DNA of 32,000 bases. It comes from Candidatus Saccharimonas aalborgensis. Its GTDB lineage: Bacteria > Patescibacteriota > Saccharimonadia > Saccharimonadales > Saccharimonadaceae. Made by a program: the position numbers and the translations under genes. This document shows, piece after piece, positions 1 to 8,051 of the stretch (position 1 is its first letter; every line of letters starts with the position of its first letter). Where the stretch lies: positions 480,001 through 512,000 of the forward strand of contig NC_021219.1 in the NCBI RefSeq assembly GCF_000392435.1. Reading direction: 5' to 3'. A model generated the notes under the pieces. That model was not told the DNA's origin and did not search any database. It saw only the letters and a program-made list of their open reading frames with translations.

Positions 1-968
1 ATACTGTTGCGCCAACTGCCAGCATAACTCCACTCCTCAGCAACTCGGGCTCACCAGCCCTCTCTGGCGCTGTCTCAGACCCATCAGCGACGGTTACCGT
101 AACTGTCAATGGTACGACATACACCGCTACCAACAACGGCGACGGCACCTGGAGTCTGCCAGCTGGTACGATAGCACCAGCACTTGCCGACGGGCCCTAT
201 GACATCGTCATAACGGCAACTGACGGCGTGGGCAATACGGGTACCGACAGCACAGCCGACGAGCTAACGATAGACAAAACTGCTCCAACCGGTTCGCTTG
301 CTCCGGTGGCTCCGGGTATTACCAACAGCCCAGCCCTCTCTGGCACCGTTTCAGATCCTTCGGCGATTGTCACCGTGACTGTCGATGGCACGACATACAC
401 CGCTACCAACAACGGCGACGGCACCTGGAGTCTGCCAGCTGGCACGATAGCACCGGCACTGAACCCTGGCACGTACGATGTGGTTGTTTCATTCACAGAC
501 ACCGCCGGTAACACGTCAACCGACCCGACAACCAATGAGCTGGTTATCCAGCGTAGCGATGCCGACCTCCCAACGGTGAATCCACTCAGCGCCTCAGGCG
601 GCCAGCCGATTATTACCGGAACCTATGACGCCGAAAACAGCCAAAGCCTGTCAGTCACCGTCAATGGTGTTGCGTACGTGCTCGGGGTTGCAACACAGCT
701 TACGGTCAGCGGCAATACCTGGAGGCTCGATCTTAGTTCGCTGAGCCCAGCACTTCCTGCTGGCGCTTATGACGTGAAGGTAGCAGTTACGACACGAGGA
801 GGAGCGGTGCTTGGCGATAGTACAGCAGCAGAGCTAGTACTGAGTGCGCCAGCAAACCCCCTAGCCAGTACTGGATTATCCATCATTGTGCCGACAGTCT
901 TCGGACTGGCACTCATTGTCACGAGCATGGTGCTTATATATCGCGCGAAACAACACAATAAGTTCTAG
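1..968 (+). CDS. C-terminal part of a tandem Ig-like (bacterial Ig) surface adhesin, 5'-truncated by the window edge, with C-terminal LASTG sorting signal
   Basis: Frame 3 is open from base 3 to TAG at 966-968. Repeated units read S-P-A-L-S-G-x-V-S-D-P-S-A-x-V-T-V-T-V-x-G-T-T-Y-T-A-T-N-N-G-D-G-T-W-S-L-P-A-G-T-I-A-P-A-L. The C-terminus is NPLASTG + hydrophobic stretch + RAKQHNKF. The listed ORF start at 228 is internal. Confidence 0.85.
   Translation, partial: TVAPTASITPLLSNSGSPALSGAVSDPSATVTVTVNGTTYTATNNGDGTWSLPAGTIAPALADGPYDIVITATDGVGNTGTDSTADELTIDKTAPTGSLAPVAPGITNSPALSGTVSDPSAIVTVTVDGTTYTATNNGDGTWSLPAGTIAPALNPGTYDVVVSFTDTAGNTSTDPTTNELVIQRSDADLPTVNPLSASGGQPIITGTYDAENSQSLSVTVNGVAYVLGVATQLTVSGNTWRLDLSSLSPALPAGAYDVKVAVTTRGGAVLGDSTAAELVLSAPANPLASTGLSIIVPTVFGLALIVTSMVLIYRAKQHNKF
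114..442 (+). repeat. Tandem Ig-domain coding repeat, 276-bp period; 53 bp identical at 114-166 and 390-442
   Basis: acgacatacaccgctaccaacaacggcgacggcacctggagtctgccagctgg occurs at both positions, 276 nt (92 codons) apart. Confidence 0.9.
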
Positions 969-1046
969 TAGGGCCTCATCAATCTTTCCTCCCTTTATGT
1001 TGTCGTGTAGCTCTGTAGTGCATCGTAGCACTGAATGGAAAATTGC

Positions 1047-1442
1047 CTATTTCTCAGTGACGTTGACTGTAACGGTTTGTTCACCGCGACCATATTTACT
1101 GTCGCAAGTAAGATGAAAAGTGTACGGCCTTACATCATTCAGGCGTCCAGTACTAGCACTTCCCGTCGAAGTTTTCTCGCCGCTCCAGTCTCCATCCGCC
1201 TTACAACTTTGTGCCGCTCCAACAACAGACCAATTAAGTACACTATACTGTCCAACCACCTGCTGTTGTGGTTCGACGGACAATGTGATGACAGGAGGAG
1301 TACCTTGTGCTCCCGATGTTACAACAACCGAGCTATCATTAACATTGTTAATCTTTGAGAAAAACACCCCCTTCACCAAGATAAGACCCGTAACAGCCAT
1401 TGTTACAATTATCACAACACCGACAGTTCTCTTTATCCACAT
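1047..1442 (-). CDS. Small membrane-anchored protein with one Ig-like domain, paralogous to the Ig units in the 3486-4958 product
   Basis: N-terminal TM segment, then VITLSVEPQQQVVGQYSVLNWSVVGAAQSCKADGDWSGEKTSTGSASTG...YTFHLTCDSKYGRGEQTVTVNV. Start ATG follows GGAGG. Confidence 0.75.
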   Translation of the reverse strand: MWIKRTVGVVIIVTMAVTGLILVKGVFFSKINNVNDSSVVVTSGAQGTPPVITLSVEPQQQVVGQYSVLNWSVVGAAQSCKADGDWSGEKTSTGSASTGRLNDVRPYTFHLTCDSKYGRGEQTVTVNVTEK

Positions 1443-1454
1443 ATATCCTCCATA

Positions 1455-2855
1455 TTACATTGAAAATTCTTCGCTATGTATACTAGTACGGGGAACGCCC
1501 CTGTCTTGAAGTTGCACTTTCAGCGCTCGCATCATGCTAGGAGGACCGCATAAGTACACGTCTCGTCCCACAATGGTTCCTGAAACTCTCTCTATATAAT
1601 CAAGGTCAAGTAATGACCCTTGTTCATCCCCGATAAAGGGCACAACACAAAGGACATCTCTTCTGAGGGCCACCTCACTCGCAAGGAGCTCCCAGTCAAT
1701 TATTTCGCTCCTGGTCTTAACTGAATAGAACAAATATACCCTGTACCCGACCGAAGGCAAATCTTTGATCATCGAAATGAACGGAGTGATTCCTATACCT
1801 CCGGCGATCCACACCTGATCCCTGTTGTCATAGTTGGCATAGTTGAATTTTCCGTACGCACCCTCAACTTCTGCGATTGTGCCGGGCTGTACCTGCAAGA
1901 GCCTACTTGTGTAATCGCCTAAGGACTTAATTGACAATTGCAAATCCGAGTCTACCTGTGAGGATGATGATATTGAAAAAGGGTGCCACTCCCGGCCAAC
2001 ACCTGCGGTATGCAGGAATCTGATAAAAACAAACTGACCTGACATATAGTTAAATGCACGACCATTTGGGGTAAGATAGAATCTAACAACACCCGACCCA
2101 AGGTCTGATACTCTGTCGACCACAAAATGATATTTCCTGATCAAGATCTGACCCATAAGGGTTCGGTAAATAAATGCAATACAACCGACAACAACCGCGC
2201 CGAGCAGATACCATTTTAATAACGTATCATCAGAGGTGTCACTCTGGATAAAGAAAATATGCAGTGCGATCATCAAAAAAACAAGACCGAGGAACTTATG
2301 TGAGATGAGCCAGATTCTGTAGGGAAGCTTTATGAAAATCGTAACAAGCAATAAGCCAACCATCAACCAGAGCGCCAATATACCCATGAAAATCGCCCAT
2401 TTGTCGAGAACAACCCCGTGTAATACATGTGAGGTATCGAAAAGTGCCGACCATGGAGTAAGACCGCCAGGCAAGAGAAATAGTGCAGCGTCTCTCACGC
2501 TACTTTCTGAGCGCATGAGTGCTAGCCCCAGCGGGTGTAGCAGCGTAAAAATTAGAGAAAAGCTACCTACGATATGATGCGTAATATACACATGATTCAG
2601 ACCATCAAAAAGCCACTCGAGTATTCTCATACGGGTCATCAAGACAAGGCTAAGTGAGTAGAGAACGGTTCCCACGATGCCCGAGATCAGGCCTATGTTT
2701 TCCATTGTCTGTCCTGGCGTTCCCCACAAATTTCCTGTTTGAATACGCCACCACAAGAAGACGGGGATCAGAGTCAGGACAGCAATCATGGCCCAGCCTA
2801 TCAGGGAACCAAGCCTAAAGCTGATCGTTACTTGCTTGCGGGTACTATTGTGCAT
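1455..2855 (-). CDS. Ferric-reductase-like transmembrane flavocytochrome / FAD-NAD(P) oxidoreductase
   Basis: Multi-TM N-terminus with paired histidines (YITHHIVG...LLHPLG; TSHVLHG; WLISHKFLG...ALHIFF), FAD-binding REWHPFSIS, NAD-binding GGIGITPFISMI, and C-terminal YLCGPPSMM. Confidence 0.88.
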   Translation of the reverse strand: MHNSTRKQVTISFRLGSLIGWAMIAVLTLIPVFLWWRIQTGNLWGTPGQTMENIGLISGIVGTVLYSLSLVLMTRMRILEWLFDGLNHVYITHHIVGSFSLIFTLLHPLGLALMRSESSVRDAALFLLPGGLTPWSALFDTSHVLHGVVLDKWAIFMGILALWLMVGLLLVTIFIKLPYRIWLISHKFLGLVFLMIALHIFFIQSDTSDDTLLKWYLLGAVVVGCIAFIYRTLMGQILIRKYHFVVDRVSDLGSGVVRFYLTPNGRAFNYMSGQFVFIRFLHTAGVGREWHPFSISSSSQVDSDLQLSIKSLGDYTSRLLQVQPGTIAEVEGAYGKFNYANYDNRDQVWIAGGIGITPFISMIKDLPSVGYRVYLFYSVKTRSEIIDWELLASEVALRRDVLCVVPFIGDEQGSLLDLDYIERVSGTIVGRDVYLCGPPSMMRALKVQLQDRGVPRTSIHSEEFSM

Positions 2856-2879
2856 ATTCGTCAGGAAGCATTTCTTATA

Positions 2880-3470
2880 TTAATGGAGGACATCAATAAC
2901 TAATGGCACCGACTTATCCCAGCCGGTATCGACGTAAAGGAGGGATGTCGCGACCGTAGACGGCACAACAAACGTTATCTGTCCGTTCAGAGTCTCTTCT
3001 GGGTCAATTTCTTGAGCGGGGATGGGCGTTGTCGCATAACTAGATATATGAAGCGCACTGTAGGTACCCTCCTCGCTGCGTACATATAGATGATTTACCG
3101 GGATGAAGTGTTGACGTTTTTTTGTTTTATTTTTGATAGTTATGTCCATGGCCAGTATTTTTTGTGAACTATCGATTGGAAATACTTGATCAGTTTCATG
3201 CATTGCAACGTTACGCACCTGGGCCTGGACTGAGCCGTTATCTGCCATCTGTAAAGATGTGGTCGAACTGGGGTATATAGTTACCGGCTGGTAGGGCGTT
3301 CCATGGACTATAATTCGAACAATAAACACAGTGTTGAGCACCACTAGCGTTGTTATGCCTAAAACAAATGCTGCGAAAAGCAAGCTATGTTGATGACGAA
3401 ATCTTTCAAATCTTTCGTTTGCTGTCGGTTTACGAAACCTGAATATTCTTTTTACTATGCCCTTGGTCAT
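2880..3470 (-). CDS. Single-TM secreted/membrane protein with a DUF4352-like beta-sandwich ectodomain
   Basis: Hydrophobic segment FAAFVLGITTLVVLNTVFIVRIIV, then VTDQVFPIDSSQKILAMDITIKNKTKKRQHFIPVNHLYVRSEEG...LNGQITFVVPSTV, typical of extracellular DUF4352-type domains. Family call is by eye. Confidence 0.5.
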   Translation of the reverse strand: MTKGIVKRIFRFRKPTANERFERFRHQHSLLFAAFVLGITTLVVLNTVFIVRIIVHGTPYQPVTIYPSSTTSLQMADNGSVQAQVRNVAMHETDQVFPIDSSQKILAMDITIKNKTKKRQHFIPVNHLYVRSEEGTYSALHISSYATTPIPAQEIDPEETLNGQITFVVPSTVATSLLYVDTGWDKSVPLVIDVLH

Positions 3471-3485
3471 CTTTTCCTCCCATCA

Positions 3486-4958
3486 CTATGGTTTTGATGC
3501 ATCGTAGTACCCAACCCTATAGCCTATCAGCGCACTCGATGTTGTGTTATTGATCGTATCAGACTTGTGCGAGAAGGTAGAGTTGGATCGTTTATCCTTG
3601 TAGCCAGGTATACTTGCAGAGCCTTTGAGGATAGAGTTGATGCTGTGATTGCAGGTTGCGCCAGCGTTCTCAAGTGTGGATGATGATCCTGACATAATAC
3701 CGCCTTTGTGAACAGGTGAGTAGCTTGTTATGTTTATGACCCAATCATTATTCCATGCCCAACAGTTACCCACTGAAGCGTGCGCTGCGAGGTCACTCTT
3801 CCCGTAACAGGGTGTCTTACCAGCACAGTACACTGGTGCGGGGTTGACGGTCAGGCTGACCGATTTCGTACCCGTACCGCCACTGTTTGCGCAGGATAGC
3901 GTGTACGTATAAGTACCGGTCGTCTTACTTCCCGTACTTTGTGACCCGCTGGATGCTTTTGAACCCGTCCAGCCACCTGTGCCTCCGGCTGTGCAACTCG
4001 TAGGGCTGTTTGTCACACTCCACGAGAGAGTGGCTGCCGATCCCGAAAGGATGGTAGCTGGGCTTATAGACAGGCTCACCACTGGAGGACTGACGACGGG
4101 CGCATTTGCCGAAACAGTTATGTTAGTAGTCGCAGTTTCCGAACCAGCACCGTTGCTGCACGTCAGTGAATAGCTAAATATGCCAACACTTGACAGCGTT
4201 CCCGTACTTTGTGACCCGCTGGATGCTTTTGAACCCGTCCAGCCACCTGTGCCTCCGGCTGTGCAACTCGTAGGGCTGTTTGTCACACTCCACGAGAGAG
4301 TGGCTGCACTACCAACCTTTATACTATTAGGTGTAATCGTAAGCGAAACTTTTGGCCTTGTTGCCGTATTGCCTGAACCAGTATTTTGCGTTGGCGCAGG
4401 AGTCTGTGGCTCTGGGTTTACTACTGGCACCACATCTCCCACGGCTATACTGACAACCGCAAAGCTTGTCGCCCTCCCAGTAGAGCAGGTTAATGTGAAT
4501 AAGTATATTTTCGGCTTATCGAGGCTAGTAGAGGTCTCATTGCCTTGTACCGATTTGTCGCCAGACCAATCATCGCTCGCCGAGCATCGTGCCGAATTGT
4601 CCGAGACGCTCCAGGTGAGGGTTACCTTTTCACCAATGGCTACTGCCTGCTTGTCAGATGTCAGTGTTATCGACGGCATAACGGGTACCGTCTCGGGGTT
4701 TATTGCATCTGGTGTCATTTGCCCGCTAGTTAACCCGTCAAGGCTGTATGTTGATCGGAAGCTTTGGTTACTCACTAATATGCTGACCACTATAATTGCA
4801 ATCATACTAAGGATCGTCACTATCGACGTAAGAGCAACAATAATTTGCGTTAACCGGACCCCCTTGGGCAGTTGATTAATTGGGAAACTCAGCACGATTG
4901 TTTTTAGCACAACATCTAAGCCTAATCTTTTATTCCTTGAATTGTTATATTTTAGCAC
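3486..4958 (-). CDS. Membrane-anchored protein with three Ig-like domains and a C-terminal cytochrome-b5-like domain
   Basis: N-terminal TM; Ig units with paired Cys (WSVTNSPTSCTAGGTGGWTGSKASSGSQSTG...YSLTCSNG). C-terminal 114 aa (3489-3830) reads YGKSDLAAHASVGNCWAWNNDWVINITSYSPVHKGG...NHSINSILKG...SHKSD, matching the b5 pattern (CW...V.ditsy.p.HpGG ... HS). True start uncertain; the GTG at 4958 may lie within promoter sequence. Confidence 0.75.
   Translation of the reverse strand: MLKYNNSRNKRLGLDVVLKTIVLSFPINQLPKGVRLTQIIVALTSIVTILSMIAIIVVSILVSNQSFRSTYSLDGLTSGQMTPDAINPETVPVMPSITLTSDKQAVAIGEKVTLTWSVSDNSARCSASDDWSGDKSVQGNETSTSLDKPKIYLFTLTCSTGRATSFAVVSIAVGDVVPVVNPEPQTPAPTQNTGSGNTATRPKVSLTITPNSIKVGSAATLSWSVTNSPTSCTAGGTGGWTGSKASSGSQSTGTLSSVGIFSYSLTCSNGAGSETATTNITVSANAPVVSPPVVSLSISPATILSGSAATLSWSVTNSPTSCTAGGTGGWTGSKASSGSQSTGSKTTGTYTYTLSCANSGGTGTKSVSLTVNPAPVYCAGKTPCYGKSDLAAHASVGNCWAWNNDWVINITSYSPVHKGGIMSGSSSTLENAGATCNHSINSILKGSASIPGYKDKRSNSTFSHKSDTINNTTSSALIGYRVGYYDASKP
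3929..4307 (-). repeat. Perfect 109-bp direct repeat (3929-4037 and 4199-4307) within the Ig-domain coding region, 270-bp period
   Basis: ttcccgtactttgtgacccgctggatgcttttgaacccgtccagccacctgtgcctccggctgtgcaactcgtagggctgtttgtcacactccacgagagagtggctgc is identical in both copies, 270 nt = 90 codons apart. Confidence 0.9.
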
Positions 4959-5121
4959 AAGTACAATGTCTTCTCATAATTGGGCGCACCTGGTAGCCTA
5001 CAGTCTTAGGCATTTGCCTACCTAGTACGCGAAATCGAACTCATTAGCAGAGCTACAAAATGTTTGACAGTTTCGGGTAATGTAACCCTATCGGTACAGA
5101 TCCATGTCAAAGGAGGATGAT

Positions 5122-5506
5122 ATGGATATGTACAAACTTAACCAAGTACCGAACGAAACCAAGATCAAAATGTGCTTACACCGTGTTCTCTATGGCGGCA
5201 AGAATATATTGTCCAGAATGCCGTAGATGCCTTGTCTGCTGCTATGAAGACCGCAATCGTTGCAAACGGTGGCCTGGGCAGCATAATGTCGACACACATA
5301 AATGCTTTGAGTTCGGGCAGACGAGCGAACAAGAGAGGATGTTTGGCTGTATGAGAACCCCAATCTGCAGAATGTATCACCACATCACACCAGAAACGGC
5401 CACAGACTACGTGAGTGAATTTTGTGTCAGATTTTCCACACCAGAATTATTCGAATCACTCCATAAATATTTAGATAGAACACTAATTTTTGTACTAAGA
5501 GGTTGA
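5122..5506 (+). pseudogene. Possible decayed small gene or fragmented ORFs of unknown function
   Basis: Strong SD (aaaggagg at 5109-5116) before ATG 5122. That frame gives only 34 aa (MDMYKLNQVPNETKIKMCLHRVLYGGKNILSRMP*), while the other two frames stay open over the following sequence (5117-5506, 5172-5354). This suggests frameshift decay. No family recognised. Confidence 0.2.
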
Positions 5507-5526
5507 CAGTACCCGCAGTTTCGCTA

Positions 5527-5555
5527 TTGACATAATAATTATGTTTTGGTATCAT
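5527..5555 (+). promoter_or_regulatory. Sigma70-type promoter TTGACA-17-TATCAT upstream of the phosphoesterase gene
   Basis: TTGACA at 5527-5532, exact 17-nt spacer, TATCAT at 5550-5555; start codon at 5623 with its own SD. Confidence 0.6.
5530..5544. promoter_or_regulatory. Perfect 7-1-7 palindrome ACATAAT-A-ATTATGT overlapping the -35/spacer (Fur/PerR/Zur-like operator candidate)
   Basis: Exact inverted repeat read from the sequence. The core ATAAT-N-ATTAT is the core of PerR/Fur boxes. Confidence 0.45.
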
Positions 5556-5622
5556 TCGGGTTACACAGAGATATTTGTGCGGTGAGCATAGAGAAAAGAA
5601 AAATAAAAAACGGAGAAATAAA

Positions 5623-7602
5623 ATGAAACTGTATCGTCCTGGTTTATCAAGGCTAATTGTGAGCCGCCTGGCTTTGTTTGGTGTTGTCATCGCTTTTGCG
5701 GTAAGCGTGATGAATATGAGCAGCTTCTTAGTAAAAGCAAGCCCTGTAGCTTTCTCGTTCGGTACCGGTGGCGATCACGGTAATCATCCAGATTCTCAGG
5801 GGGTTTTTGAGGCAGCTGGCCAGTCTGGGATTAGCTTCTTTCAGACAAATGGGGATATGAGTTATCTTGATAGCCCAACCAATAACATAAGCACTGCGAC
5901 AACCGAGTGGTGCTCTATGGTCAATAGCAAGCTGGGCTCCATACCGTTCCTTGCCCTCAATGGTAACCATGAAGAGCCAGGACATGCCGGAGTTGACGGC
6001 GATAATATCGATAACATCATCAGTGGCGGATGCCTTCCAAAGCCGGCATCAATGAATGTCGTGGAATCACCTCTTACAACAGGGAGTGCTGGAACTACAC
6101 CCACAAATTACGGACGTGAGTACTACTATGATTATCCGTCTGTAAATCCGATCGCTCGATTTATCGCCGTCTCGGCTGATATTGATACATATGTTGGTGG
6201 CAACTATGACTATAGCGTAGGCAGTGCTCACTACAACTGGGTGCAGGCTCGCATACAAGAAGCAAAAGCGTCGGGGATGTGGGTAATCGTCATAAATCAC
6301 ACGCCGATCATGAATACCGGTGGTTCGCATGGTGGTACCGACTACTCTACCGTTACTCCTCTCTTTAATCTAGCTATCGATGAGAAGGTCGATCTGTTTC
6401 TGTCCGGCCATGAGCACAACTATGAGCGCAGTAAACAAATAGGAGGTGCTAGCTGTAACTACACATTCAATACCTATAGCGCAAACTGTATCGCTGATGC
6501 AAATGCAAACACCTATACGGCTGGAAATGGTACGATTGCAGTGATCACGGGCTCAACAGGAGGAAACTACAATACCGGTGATGGCCTTATGATAGCGATC
6601 AATGCAAGTGACCCGGATTATCAATATTTCGCCACTACTATGGGACGGGGTTCTGCGGATGAGACACGTGGTTTTTCTAAGTTCGATGTCACCGAAACAA
6701 GCATTACGGGTCACTTTGTGGCAGGCGTTGGCCAAACCGGAGGCTTTACAGATACCTTCACCATCACTCGTAACGATACCACTGCACCAACCGTTAGCCT
6801 GGATACGCCGACGACGGGTACGGTAAGTGGAATGGTTAACATGGCAGCAACAGCAAGCGATGCAGTTGGTGTCACAAAAGTCGAGTTTTACCAGGGTGCA
6901 ACAAAGCTCGGTGAAGATCTGTCGTCACCATACGCCTACGGCTGGGATACTACATCGGTCGCAAATGGTAATTACAGTCTAACTGCAAAAGCATTCGATG
7001 CCGCTGGGAACATTAGTACAAGTAGCGCAGTCAGTGTGACAGTAAGCAATGGCGGTGGAGGGGGTGCTACGACATCGAGCTTTACTGTGGCGGGAGCTAA
7101 TAATTCTTCGGTAACCTTTACTGTGGCGGGCCCGTGTAACAATATTACGTCTCACGAGGTCGCCGATGCCTCCAAGGCACCAACAGGTCAGACCTTGCTT
7201 GCGAGCGCCGACTTCTCGATGTCATGTGCATACGCCGGTGATGCAACAACTGTTGTTATAAATCTTGGTGCAACTTACGATACATCTCATCTTCGAGTTC
7301 ATAAACTCGCTGGGTCAACCTTGACCGATATCACATCGCACGCTACTTTCGGAACCGATGGTAACTACACTACCGTGACCTATACTGTGACGGATGGTGG
7401 GTTCGGTGATGAAGACACCCTTGCGAATGCTATCGTTGTAGATCCTGTGTATGTCACCGTTGCTGGTGCATCAACAACTGGCCCCGGAGTGCTTGCGGAC
7501 ACCGGTACCAATAGCGTACTGCTGACGATAGTCGGAGTTGTCGTGGCTGTTCTCGGACTAATCGGAGCCATAACCTCTAGGGTTAAACGCGTTACTCTAT
7601 AG
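5623..7602 (+). CDS. Secreted calcineurin-like (purple acid phosphatase-like) metallophosphoesterase with Ig-like module and C-terminal LADTG sorting signal
   Basis: Motifs NGDMSY, NGNHE, VINHTP, LSGHEHNYERS; Ig-like TAPTVSLDTPTTGTVSG...AGNISTSSAVSVTV; C-terminus VLADTG + TM + SRVKRVTL. Start ATG 5623 has ggag SD (5612-5615); the longer ORF start at 5575 is not favoured. Confidence 0.85.
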   Translation: MKLYRPGLSRLIVSRLALFGVVIAFAVSVMNMSSFLVKASPVAFSFGTGGDHGNHPDSQGVFEAAGQSGISFFQTNGDMSYLDSPTNNISTATTEWCSMVNSKLGSIPFLALNGNHEEPGHAGVDGDNIDNIISGGCLPKPASMNVVESPLTTGSAGTTPTNYGREYYYDYPSVNPIARFIAVSADIDTYVGGNYDYSVGSAHYNWVQARIQEAKASGMWVIVINHTPIMNTGGSHGGTDYSTVTPLFNLAIDEKVDLFLSGHEHNYERSKQIGGASCNYTFNTYSANCIADANANTYTAGNGTIAVITGSTGGNYNTGDGLMIAINASDPDYQYFATTMGRGSADETRGFSKFDVTETSITGHFVAGVGQTGGFTDTFTITRNDTTAPTVSLDTPTTGTVSGMVNMAATASDAVGVTKVEFYQGATKLGEDLSSPYAYGWDTTSVANGNYSLTAKAFDAAGNISTSSAVSVTVSNGGGGGATTSSFTVAGANNSSVTFTVAGPCNNITSHEVADASKAPTGQTLLASADFSMSCAYAGDATTVVINLGATYDTSHLRVHKLAGSTLTDITSHATFGTDGNYTTVTYTVTDGGFGDEDTLANAIVVDPVYVTVAGASTTGPGVLADTGTNSVLLTIVGVVVAVLGLIGAITSRVKRVTL

Positions 7603-7734
7603 AGTGTTCTCGGAGTTATACTGATGTTACCTATGCTACAAACAACTTTGTTGTACCCGTAGACGACTGAGGGTTGCCTTACTCCGACTAACATGGCAGA
7701 CATCCATTCTAGTGATGGGAGGTGCGCCGATAAC

Positions 7735-7792
7735 AAAGTTTTTCTGATGCTGCATGAACATAGTAGCTTAATGCTCTGCAGCATCAGACTTT
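7735..7792. repeat. Long interrupted inverted repeat with a perfect 12-bp stem
   Basis: TCTGATGCTGCA (7743-7754) is complementary to TGCAGCATCAGA (7777-7788), flanked by a further AAAGT/ACTTT pair. No T-tract on either side. Confidence 0.6.
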
Positions 7793-8051
7793 AGGTATAA
7801 GATATAATCTAGGCCAAGACATTGAAGAGGAGGCCTATATTAACAAAAGGATAGGTTCTGCTTCGCAAAAGCCTAGAAAAAATCGCCCAAGAGAGCGATA
7901 ATTCTGGAAAAATCCGTATTTGGTGGCTCCGTATTCCAATTGATATGGCGATTGATACCAACGTATTCTTTAGGGTAACCGCCGAACGGTTGAAAAGCTC
8001 CGGAAATGACGGGCCGAACGTGCCGTAAATTGATGCTGTTCCCCAACTGAA

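Noticed and set aside
197-535. Minus-strand 112-aa ORF opposite the adhesin
   Set aside because: It mirrors the Ig repeat on the coding strand; low-complexity V/S/P composition and no SD. Shadow ORF.
3979-4875. Plus-strand ORFs 3979-4173, 4180-4875 and 4545-4733
   Set aside because: Antisense to the well-supported Ig/b5 gene. Their internal similarity only reflects the 109-bp coding repeats.
5122-5506. Transposase relic (IS3/IS1595-like)
   Set aside because: Segments such as YCPECRRCLVCC looked zinc-ribbon-like, but I could not match them to any transposase motif. Left as unknown.
7735-7792. Interrupted inverted repeat as a rho-independent terminator of the phosphoesterase gene
   Set aside because: 22-nt loop and no downstream T-tract in either direction. 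Retained only as an unexplained inverted repeat.
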